DNA of 12,782 bases. It comes from Candidatus Helarchaeota ASGARD archaeon Hel_GB_B. GTDB lineage: Archaea; Asgardarchaeota; Lokiarchaeia; Helarchaeales; HEL-GB-B. Of this stretch, positions 1 through 7,606 are shown one piece after another (position 1 is the first letter of the stretch; every line of letters begins with the position of its first letter). The notes below the pieces were generated by a model. It was given only the letters and a program-made list of their open reading frames with translations, made no database searches and was not told the DNA's origin. A program made the position numbers and the translations under genes. The stretch lies in NCBI GenBank assembly GCA_005191425.1, contig SUPR01000094.1:1-12782 (forward strand), read 5' to 3'.

Positions 1-123
1 GGGTGCTTGAGGGGGTCCTTGAGGTTCAGGGGTTGGGGGTTCTTGTAGCGGTTCTGCTGTTGGCGGTTGGAAGAGGCCGGGTGCTTGAGGGGGTCCTTGA
101 GGTTCAGGGGTTGAGAGTTCTTG
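1..123. repeat. 78-bp-period tandem repeat inside the CDS (26-aa unit containing TPEPQGPPQAP), probably continuing beyond the window
   Basis: Positions 1-35 are identical to 79-113 (gggtgcttgagggggtccttgaggttcaggggttg). The match extends to 45/123 with 2 mismatches. The period is a multiple of 3. Confidence 0.85.
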
Positions 124-1083
124 AGGTTCAGATTTAGTAGGTCCTGCTGAAATTGGTTTAATAGATGTAGGTGTAAAAAAACTAGGTTCTTGAGGTAAAA
201 TTGGATATTGCCTATCAGATTGGATCATATTTAATTGAGATGGAACTGTATTTGTTATATCAATATCTTCAGATGTATTTGTATCTTCACTTATTAACCC
301 TTGTAATCTTTTTAATCGTTTAAAAATTTCTGCACTTTCTTCTACCAAATTAATCTTTTGAGATGAATCTTCTTCTATTGATGATATGGGGACATTCTGA
401 GGAATTTCTGGAGGATCAATTTCATTCTTAGATGGTGTTGGAGGTATATCTTGCATTAGAGTCGATTTTGGTGGTTTAGGTATATTAACTGGTGGGGGTA
501 GCTGAATATCTGAGATTAAATGTGGGCTAGGCGGAATATTAGATGGTATATTTTGATCAACTTGAGTGATAGGCTCAGGAATAGAAGTATCCGGGGGTGT
601 TATACTTTGTGGAATTGAGGGATTTTCCACTTGAGGTTGTTCAGGAATTTCTGACTGTGTTGTTTCATCGATTAAGATAGTATCACCTTCCATTTGTAAA
701 TCTTTTAATTTATTAAGTATATTTTCACCTTGATCCATAATTGTCTGGTCGTCCATAGGAATTGGTGCAACTTCTTGTTTTCTAATGGCTATAGGACCTT
801 TCATCAGACCTTCTAGAAATCCTTGCACTTTTTTTGCTACTTCAGCTTCATCCTCCTCCACTTCGATTCCCAATTTTCTTTTAAAATCATTAACAATTTC
901 TTGAAATTCTTTTGCTTTTTCTTTATCTCCTAAATTACTTGAGATTTCAATAACTTTTTCAAAATATTCAACAACAGATTCAAAATTCTCATTTGCAAGT
1001 TCTTTTTCAGCTAATTTTATATATTTTTCCCTATCTTTTTTTAACTTTTTTTCAGTTTTTGGGTCAATATAAGTGAAAGTCAG
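1..1083 (-). CDS. Proline-rich, largely disordered protein with an N-terminal helical (TPR/MIT-like) segment; 3'-truncated by the window edge (361 codons visible); probable CTG start
   Basis: Hand translation gives 361 codons with no stop: (M)TFTYIDPKTEKKLKKDREKYIKLAEKELANENFESVVEYFEKVIEISSNLGDKEKAKEFQEIVNDFKRKLG...IPPSPHLISDIQLPPPVNIPKPP...TPEPQGPPQAP. An in-frame TAA (1086-1084) directly precedes CTG (1083-1081), and AGGGTG (1096-1091) lies 7 nt upstream. Absent from the ORF track. Confidence 0.85.
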   Translation of the reverse strand, partial: MTFTYIDPKTEKKLKKDREKYIKLAEKELANENFESVVEYFEKVIEISSNLGDKEKAKEFQEIVNDFKRKLGIEVEEDEAEVAKKVQGFLEGLMKGPIAIRKQEVAPIPMDDQTIMDQGENILNKLKDLQMEGDTILIDETTQSEIPEQPQVENPSIPQSITPPDTSIPEPITQVDQNIPSNIPPSPHLISDIQLPPPVNIPKPPKSTLMQDIPPTPSKNEIDPPEIPQNVPISSIEEDSSQKINLVEESAEIFKRLKRLQGLISEDTNTSEDIDITNTVPSQLNMIQSDRQYPILPQEPSFFTPTSIKPISAGPTKSEPQELSTPEPQGPPQAPGLFQPPTAEPLQEPPTPEPQGPPQAP

Positions 1084-1090
1084 TTATAGA

Positions 1091-1096
1091 CACCCT
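1091..1096 (-). promoter_or_regulatory. Putative Shine-Dalgarno site (AGGGTG) for the CTG-start gene
   Basis: AGGGTG lies 7 nt upstream of CTG at 1083. G-rich hexamers are rare in this very AT-rich spacer. Confidence 0.55.
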
Positions 1097-1519
1097 ATTA
1101 TACTTTTTTATTTTATCATTTTAATTTTTAAAACATTTCCAAGTCAATACTTTATTAATTATAAGCCATATTTAGGTTTCTTTTTTAGCTATAAATAAAT
1201 TTGGTTATTCTTTTTTAAATTTTTATTAATATTTATTTTATAATTTCAATTATCAAGATAATAAAATATTATCATTCAAATTTTAATTCAAATCATAATT
1301 TATATTATTTTGGTTTTTTAGATAAGTTAAAAAGAACTATTTATGAAATTAATTATACATTTACAAATACTTTAAAAAAGTTAAAATAAAGGGTAAAATG
1401 AAATAATCTTTTAAAATATATAAAGGAAAAAAGATTATTGATGCTCTTATATAAAATAATAAAGATTTATATATTTTTATAATACAATAAATTGTAAAAA
1501 TAAACTTGGAATAAATAAA

Positions 1520-1684
1520 ATGACCAAAAAAAGTAAAAATTTCATATGTACAATTTGTAAAAAGGAGTTTCCAAAAAAACAAATAGGAAGAGTAAAATTA
1601 TTAAGTAGAAAGAAAAAGGGGGAGTCTGTTTCATGGATATGCGCGAAATGCGCTAAAACAAAAATCAGGATTGTTAAAGAATAA
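1520..1684 (+). CDS. Small basic zinc-finger protein, 54 aa (CxxC-x27-CxxC)
   Basis: Hand translation: MTKKSKNFICTICKKEFPKKQIGRVKLLSRKKKGESVSWICAKCAKTKIRIVKE*. It has two CxxC knuckles and 18 K/R residues, and is richer in G/C than the flanking spacer. It is shorter than any ORF in the track. Confidence 0.75.
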   Translation: MTKKSKNFICTICKKEFPKKQIGRVKLLSRKKKGESVSWICAKCAKTKIRIVKE

Positions 1685-1809
1685 GTTTCTTAATATTTAT
1701 TTTTTAATTCCTTATAGAATAAAAGAAATAATTTCAGATTTCATAAAAAATACCAAATAATATATAAAATAATTAAAAATTATAGAATACTAACGTAAAG
1801 AATAAAAAA

Positions 1810-2418
1810 TTATGATTTTTTCATTTTCATATAATAATTTAAAACAGCTTCCCTGCAAACCTGTTGAAAGGCTCTTTTTATATTTTGGCCCTTAATTGCT
1901 ATTGTATCATAGATTTGAACCGGCATTTCAATTCCATGGGCGTTCAGTACTTTATCAAGCCCTTTTGATTTTAGAAATTCTAATAATTCTTTTTGGGAAA
2001 TTATGTTTGGTAAGTCTAATTTGTTTAGCATGATTATTAGCGGAATTGATTTTCCTAATTTATCACCTAAATGGCCAATTAATTCTTCCATTGACCAAAC
2101 ATTTTCGTTCCATTGTTCTTTTTGAGCATCCCAGACAAAAATAATGCCATCAACTCCATTTAAAATTGTTTTTCGCTGAAATTTGTGTCTTCTTTGCCCT
2201 GCAACTGTATAGACTTGCATCTTCACACCACCAACTCCAAGAACTGTTCGATCGAAAAATAATGTCCTTCCAGTTGGATCGACAATACTTTGCATTTTTC
2301 CTTCTGCTAAACCTTCCTTATGGAACATCCAGCTAACAGCTGTCGTTTTTCCACCCAGACTAGGGCCCCAATATACTATTTTAAAAACAATCTTGCCGTC
2401 TGCACCTCGAGATGGGAT
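1810..2418 (-). CDS. MglA-like small GTPase (Ras superfamily), about 202 aa; probable ATC start
   Basis: The ORF track starts at 2328, but the frame is open upstream to TGA at 2427-2425 and encodes PSRGADGKIVFKIVYWGPSLGGKTTAVSW. Motifs: G1 GPSLGGKT, switch I GRTLFFD, G3 YTVAGQ, GVDGIIFVWD, G4 NKLD and G5-like TIA. All resemble MglA (RTLFFD, YTVPGQ, GVDGIVFVAD). Confidence 0.9.
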   Translation of the reverse strand: MPSRGADGKIVFKIVYWGPSLGGKTTAVSWMFHKEGLAEGKMQSIVDPTGRTLFFDRTVLGVGGVKMQVYTVAGQRRHKFQRKTILNGVDGIIFVWDAQKEQWNENVWSMEELIGHLGDKLGKSIPLIIMLNKLDLPNIISQKELLEFLKSKGLDKVLNAHGIEMPVQIYDTIAIKGQNIKRAFQQVCREAVLNYYMKMKKS

Positions 2419-2424
2419 TTTAAT

Positions 2425-2430
2425 TCACCT
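2425..2430 (-). promoter_or_regulatory. Putative Shine-Dalgarno site (AGGTGA) for the GTPase
   Basis: AGGTGA lies 6 nt upstream of the in-frame ATC at 2418. Confidence 0.6.
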
Positions 2431-2756
2431 TTATTCTTTAGTTTATATATTTTTGTCGGTCTATCAAATTAATTAAAATGTTATATAAACAATAACAAAA
2501 TTGTTAATAACTTTTTTGTGATTTTATTAAATCGATTTTTAATAATTATTAATTCAATTAGAATTTTTAAATGTTGATTATTAGATTAAACATTCACATA
2601 AATCTTAATTCGAATGATCAAAATATTCCAAATATAATTTTGATATTTGCTTTTTTTTTAAACATACATAATAAAATGATGATTAAATTTAAGTTCTATT
2701 ATCTTAATTGCCAATGAAACCATTAAATTAAATGGTAAATAAATACATTTAAGTAG

Positions 2757-3983
2757 TTATTTCTTAATTTTTTCACTAATAATTAATTTGTAGATATTTT
2801 TCATCATTTGTTCTGTATTAAGATTTGAAAAATTCTCAAGTTGGTTAATAACAGGTTCACCCAACAAAGCCAATTTTTCATTTGGGATAAATGATTTTGT
2901 TACATTTGCATATCTACAATGATTTTTTTTAGTGCGTTCAAAAAGAGAGAAGCCGTCCATATATTCGCCATAATTAGAATTTTCAATATGCCACTCTTCA
3001 AATATAAAATTATCACCATATGTGTATTTAGAAACAGCTTCCCAATAGATTTTCATTTTTAATAGTAATAAATTGACTGTTATTTCATATCGAACTCGAT
3101 TTTTTGACAATCTTGTTGCCTTAAAAGATTTTTCGGGGTTTGTTTTAGTTAAAATATCTGCATCATAAAATTTTTCAAATACTTCCTCTGGAGAAGCAGG
3201 AAAAGTATATAATATTTTATGTCTGAAATGTTTTTCTTGACAATCTTTAAACGTATAAATTTGATAGGAAGAATTCTTATAATATACATTCCATAATTTA
3301 TTTCGGACATAATTATCGAGTGCTTCTAAAATATTTATTCTAATATTACTAGTTAACCTATAAAATGGGATCATAGTAATTGAAAAACCACTAAACGCAT
3401 CAAAAAATGAAAATGTTTTTTTCCAAGATCCGCCTTGTTTAATGATTGAATAAATTTTTTTCTCTCGTTCAATATAATTATTGAGGTAAGCATTGACCAT
3501 ATTCTCATCAGGAAAAACAGATGCGAGAATTTTGTTATTATCTTGGTCAAGGTCAATTTTTTTCTTTGATAAATAGTTTAAGATTGCAATTGTTTCAGAA
3601 ATTTTTAATTTATAGAACCTAAAATTCGCTCTCTCTAGCTTATTGATAATTTCTTTAATTTTTATTGATTGAATAAATGATGGGACATACATTAAAAGAA
3701 GCGTATTAATGGGATCTTTTTTATAGTACAATTTAAATGAATTTTTAATAATCTTTTTTGATTCTTGTTTTGGACTGGTCATAATTTTTTTAACAGCTGC
3801 AAACAATATTTGTAATTGTTTCTCTAATTTCTTTTTATAATCTTTAATGTAAGGACTACGTAATAATTTAATTGGGATAAGAGTCCTTAATGTCTCATCA
3901 AAAGCTTTTGTTTTAACTTCTATTATTTCATTTTCCAAATCTCGTAATACAATTTCTCCTTTCAAAGATAATTCGGATATCAT
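2757..3983 (-). CDS. Hypothetical 408-aa protein: helical N-terminal region plus C-terminal SRPBCC (START/Bet v1-like) domain
   Basis: Long ORF with ATG start and GGTGA 7 nt upstream. The segment ILYTFPASPEEVFEKFYDADILTKTNP matches the usual SRPBCC opening pattern (strand, A.pEEVF.., ..WnP-like turn). It is followed by several beta-like segments and a terminal amphipathic helix (NTEQMMKNIYKLI). Confidence 0.65.
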   Translation of the reverse strand: MISELSLKGEIVLRDLENEIIEVKTKAFDETLRTLIPIKLLRSPYIKDYKKKLEKQLQILFAAVKKIMTSPKQESKKIIKNSFKLYYKKDPINTLLLMYVPSFIQSIKIKEIINKLERANFRFYKLKISETIAILNYLSKKKIDLDQDNNKILASVFPDENMVNAYLNNYIEREKKIYSIIKQGGSWKKTFSFFDAFSGFSITMIPFYRLTSNIRINILEALDNYVRNKLWNVYYKNSSYQIYTFKDCQEKHFRHKILYTFPASPEEVFEKFYDADILTKTNPEKSFKATRLSKNRVRYEITVNLLLLKMKIYWEAVSKYTYGDNFIFEEWHIENSNYGEYMDGFSLFERTKKNHCRYANVTKSFIPNEKLALLGEPVINQLENFSNLNTEQMMKNIYKLIISEKIKK

Positions 3984-4513
3984 GGTGAGATCACCAATAT
4001 ATTTGATTATCTATCTTTTAAATTTATGGTAAAGAATAGAAAAAATAGCGAGATAGTAATTTTACAACCTAATAAACATAATCAAATTACTAATATAAAT
4101 CAAAATGGGTTGTTTAATGAAATAAAAAATCTTTAATCCGTGATTATTCAATATGTTAAAGTAAATTCTTATTTTAGACGATTTTTATTTAAAGAATTTA
4201 TCATTGGCTTTTTAAATTCAAAGAAATTAATTTTTAATCTAGTGTTCTGATATTTTAGCAAAATTCGACTTTAATATAATTTAAATTTTAATAATATATT
4301 ATTTTTTCTTAAAATAATCTAAATTAGACTTATAAGAATTATTAAATAGTTAGTAAAAAATCTTTAAAATAGAAAATCTTTTCTTAAATAATTTATATCT
4401 AAATTTATATAATTTATACAAACTTTTATTAATTTTAGGTCTAAACATTTTTTTAATTATAATACAAATTCAAAAAATTAATTTTCAAGAAACCTGAGGT
4501 GAAAATTTTAAAA

Positions 4514-5776
4514 ATGAGTACAATAGCTGAAAAAATTCTGGCTAAAGCTTCTGTTGAAAAAAGAGAAGTTGTTAAACCCGGTGAATATCTTAATTGTAAC
4601 ATTGACCTTGCAATGGGTCATATAGCACTTGCCAAGGTAGCCGCCAATTTTATGGGAATTAAGAAAAAGTACCGTAAAGTTTGGGATAATGAAAAAGTAG
4701 TCGGAATATTGGACCATTTTTCACCAGCGCCAAGTGAAAGATGGGCATTAGCTCATCAAATGATCAGAAAATTTGCAAGGGAACAAAATTTCAAATATTT
4801 TTACGATATTAAAGAAGGTATTTGCCATCAAGTTTTACCTGAAAAAGGGCATGTTGCTCCTGGAATGTTAATTGTAGGTACTGATAGTCATACTACTACG
4901 TATGGGGCGTTTAATGCTGCATCGTGTGGAATTGGTTATACTGATATGACTATTGTTTTTATAAAAGGAACTTTGTGGTTTAGGGTACCTGAATCGCAGC
5001 TTTTCGAGATCAATGGTAAATTAGATAAAAGAGTTATGTCAAAAGATATAATTTTATATATAGCTGGTAAATATGGGACTGATATTGGGACATATAAATC
5101 AATGGAATTCGTTGGAGATGCAATGGACAATTTATCTATTGCATCTCGCATGACAATATCAAATATGAGTTTAGAACTTGGTGCAAAATTTGGTTTTACT
5201 CCACCTGATGAAAAAATAATAAAATGGTTGAAACCAAGAACTGATAGACCACTTGAATTAGTTAAACCTGATGAAGATGCAAAATATTCTGAAACTTTTC
5301 AAATTGAAGTCGATAATTTAGAACCACAAGTAGCATGTCCCCATTCTGTAGAAAATGTAAAACCAGTTTCAGAAGTTAAAAATGTTAAAATTGACCAGGC
5401 TTTTCTTGGGTCATGTACTAACGGAAGGATAGAGGATTTAGAAATTGCAGCTGAAATTTTAAAAGGTAAGAGAATACATGAAGATGTTCGATTAATTGTT
5501 ATCCCTGCAAGTCAAGAGATTTGGCTAGAGGCAGCAGAAAGAGGTATTTCAAAAATACTTATTGAAGCTGGTGGGATAATAGGCAATCCGAACTGTGGGC
5601 CTTGTTTTGGTGCTCATATGGGTATGTTGGCGGGAGGCGAAAATTGTATATCAAGTTCAAACCGAAATTTTAAAGGTAGAATGGGCTCAGAAAAAGCGGG
5701 GATTTATCTAGCTTCTCCAGCAACAGTCGCAGCCTCTGCATTAACTGGGGTGATTACAGACCCTAGAGATATTTAA
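4514..5776 (+). CDS. leuC: 3-isopropylmalate dehydratase / homoaconitase family large subunit (aconitase superfamily, [4Fe-4S])
   Basis: Motifs DH, GICHQVLPE, GTDSHTTTYGA, GSCTNGRIEDL, CGPCFG and SSNRNFKGRMG, with three cluster cysteines. GAGGTGA at 4496-4502 favours ATG 4514 over GTG 4499. The LeuC versus HacA/DmdA specificity is not resolved. Confidence 0.9.
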   Translation: MSTIAEKILAKASVEKREVVKPGEYLNCNIDLAMGHIALAKVAANFMGIKKKYRKVWDNEKVVGILDHFSPAPSERWALAHQMIRKFAREQNFKYFYDIKEGICHQVLPEKGHVAPGMLIVGTDSHTTTYGAFNAASCGIGYTDMTIVFIKGTLWFRVPESQLFEINGKLDKRVMSKDIILYIAGKYGTDIGTYKSMEFVGDAMDNLSIASRMTISNMSLELGAKFGFTPPDEKIIKWLKPRTDRPLELVKPDEDAKYSETFQIEVDNLEPQVACPHSVENVKPVSEVKNVKIDQAFLGSCTNGRIEDLEIAAEILKGKRIHEDVRLIVIPASQEIWLEAAERGISKILIEAGGIIGNPNCGPCFGAHMGMLAGGENCISSSNRNFKGRMGSEKAGIYLASPATVAASALTGVITDPRDI

Positions 5777-5789
5777 AGGAGGAATGAAA

Positions 5790-6326
5790 ATGGTTAAAAA
5801 AGAATGGAATCCTGTTCTTAAAGGAACTGTATGGAAATTTGGTGAAAATGTTGATACTGATGTAATAACTCCTGGAAAATATTTAGATAACTTAGGTGAA
5901 TGTAAAAAACATGTTCTTGAAACACTCGACCCGGAGTTTCCAGCAAATGTAAAAGTAGGAGACATTATCATTGCAGATAAAAACTTTGGATGTGGAAGTT
6001 CAAGAGAAACTGCCCCCGAAATTTTGCAAGATATGGGTGTAGCGGCTGTTATTGCTCCTTCCTTTGGGCGAATCTTTTATAGAAATAGTTTCTCAATCGG
6101 TTTTCCTTTACTTGAAGCTGATAACATAGCTGAATTTTTTAATAAAGGCGATATAGCAGAAGTAAATATAGAAACTGCTGTAGTGAAAAATCTAACTACA
6201 AATAAAACAATTCAATGTAAAGAAATTCCCAAAATATTAATGGACATTTTAAAAAGTGGCGGACAACTAGAACTATTAAAAAAAGAATTGAAGGCTCGAT
6301 CTAAAGCAGAAAAACAAAACAAATAA
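5790..6326 (+). CDS. leuD: 3-isopropylmalate dehydratase / homoaconitase family small subunit
   Basis: Motifs VWKFGENVDTDVITPGKYL, NFGCGSSRETA and SFGRIFYRN. It follows the large subunit directly. AGGAGG at 5777-5782 is 7 nt from ATG 5790 but only 1 nt from ATG 5784. Confidence 0.9.
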   Translation: MVKKEWNPVLKGTVWKFGENVDTDVITPGKYLDNLGECKKHVLETLDPEFPANVKVGDIIIADKNFGCGSSRETAPEILQDMGVAAVIAPSFGRIFYRNSFSIGFPLLEADNIAEFFNKGDIAEVNIETAVVKNLTTNKTIQCKEIPKILMDILKSGGQLELLKKELKARSKAEKQNK

Positions 6327-6336
6327 AATATTTATT

Positions 6337-6354
6337 TCTTATTTTTTATTTTAA
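6337..6354 (+). terminator. Possible archaeal oligo-T terminator after leuD
   Basis: T-rich tract (tttcttattttttatttt) shortly after the leuD stop, between convergent genes. Weak evidence given the AT-rich background. Confidence 0.3.
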
Positions 6355-6391
6355 AAGGTGTAAATGAAAATATTAAGAAAATTGTTGAGTA

Positions 6392-7480
6392 TTAATAAAA
6401 TTTCTTTTTAATATAATAAGCTGCAAATATTCCGATTAATATGAACAAAATTATCCACCAAATAGATAAATAAAATACTTGACCCGTAGATGTTGCTAAT
6501 GAAAGGAAACCTAGTCCTTCAAGATTTCTTAAAGTTTCAATTGCAAAATATGTACTACTAATTGAAGAGCTCTGACCGTTAGTATTAGTTTTAAAACCTC
6601 CATCTAATAAATTCTGACAATTTTGAACCCAACTTATAACATTTAATTTCAATGGCATGGCATCATTCAAAATATCCAATGAATAAGTGGCAGAATAACA
6701 GTTAATTACTGAAAAATCAAGAGTTTTAGGAGAGCTACTAAAACTTCCATATTTATCAATTTCAAAGCTATTTGTGTTCTGGCAAGACACTATCCAGTTA
6801 TATGCTGAAGTTTTATTAATTTGGTTAATTGATCCTGTCAAATTAAGTGCTTCAAGTGCAAAATACATAGTCAATAAATTATATGTCCCATTTTCTGAAG
6901 AAAATGCCCCATAATTATCTTCAGATTGATTATTTTGTCGCATAATTAGCCACTGGGACGTATTATATTGTCCTAAATTAATATTCAACAAATTTAAAGT
7001 CTCTAAAGCAAAATAGCTACTTAAAATACTTGAGGACTCATTTGGAAAATTACTGAATCCATAATCTGAATTCCAACATTGATTTAACCAAGCTGTTATA
7101 TTATTTTTTGGTTCGAACCCTAGTAGTTTTAATGATTTTACAGCATAATAAGTAGACTCCACTGTTGATGAATCATTCTCAATGTTTGGAAATCCACCAT
7201 CTATATTTTGTGTGCTATTTATCCACGTAGCGATTTTAGTCCGATCAAAAATACTCAATTTACCCAATGTTTTAAGAATAACGATTGCATAATAGGTGCT
7301 CTGCATATCTGGTAAATTATTATCAGGGTATAATGAAAATCCACCTTCTTTTGTATGACAATTGACAATGAAATTCGTTAATAAATCACCTCTTGTTGTT
7401 GTTGTTGTAGATGATAATGGAGTCAATGAAATTGCAAATATAATCAATATTAAACTGAACAATAATTTTCTGTTTTTCAA
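6392..7480 (-). CDS. Secreted, C-terminally membrane-anchored prenyltransferase/squalene-cyclase-repeat (alpha/alpha barrel) protein; TTG start
   Basis: N-terminal signal peptide (MKNRKLLFSLILIIFAISLTPLSS). Six repeats of Q/H/W..G[GAS]F...STY[YF]A-type motifs (e.g. TQNIDGGFP...STYYA, CQNLLDGGFK...STYFA). C-terminal hydrophobic helix plus KKKFY tail. Nine N-x-S/T sequons. Confidence 0.8.
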   Translation of the reverse strand: MKNRKLLFSLILIIFAISLTPLSSTTTTTRGDLLTNFIVNCHTKEGGFSLYPDNNLPDMQSTYYAIVILKTLGKLSIFDRTKIATWINSTQNIDGGFPNIENDSSTVESTYYAVKSLKLLGFEPKNNITAWLNQCWNSDYGFSNFPNESSSILSSYFALETLNLLNINLGQYNTSQWLIMRQNNQSEDNYGAFSSENGTYNLLTMYFALEALNLTGSINQINKTSAYNWIVSCQNTNSFEIDKYGSFSSSPKTLDFSVINCYSATYSLDILNDAMPLKLNVISWVQNCQNLLDGGFKTNTNGQSSSISSTYFAIETLRNLEGLGFLSLATSTGQVFYLSIWWIILFILIGIFAAYYIKKKFY

Positions 7481-7606
7481 ATTAAAACCCTTATTGATCT
7501 AATTTAGTTTAATTTATTGGAATTTTTAATTTAAATTTAATGGTTCATAAATTAGAAAAATTCAATAAAATAAATGTTCAATAATGAAAAATAAAATTAT
7601 GAAGAA

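Noticed and set aside
1-123. 78-bp repeat considered as a CRISPR array
   Set aside because: Only two partial copies, in frame within a CDS, not palindromic, and no cas genes.
1361-1582. 73-aa minus-strand ORF from the track
   Set aside because: F/I/Y/K-rich composition typical of non-coding AT-rich DNA. It overlaps the better-supported zinc-finger ORF on the opposite strand.
2419-2445. Stop-codon readthrough (TGA recoding) as the explanation for the GTPase N-terminus
   Set aside because: Two further in-frame TAA codons lie just upstream (2433-2431, 2445-2443), and the TGA is part of the RBS.
3997-4495. Long divergent AT-rich spacer with many TATA-like hexamers
   Set aside because: It probably holds promoters, but the AT content is too high to single out a BRE/TATA element, and no ORF or repeat structure was found by eye.
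3371-5971. Short track ORFs 3371-3556, 4508-4717, 4936-5151 and 5741-5971
   Set aside because: Each is nested in another frame or antisense within a well-supported gene and has no recognisable motif.
1810-7480. Idea that the prenyltransferase-fold protein prenylates the nearby GTPase
   Set aside because: The GTPase has no C-terminal cysteine (ends KMKKS). The barrel protein looks extracellular and lacks evident zinc ligands, and no alpha subunit is seen.
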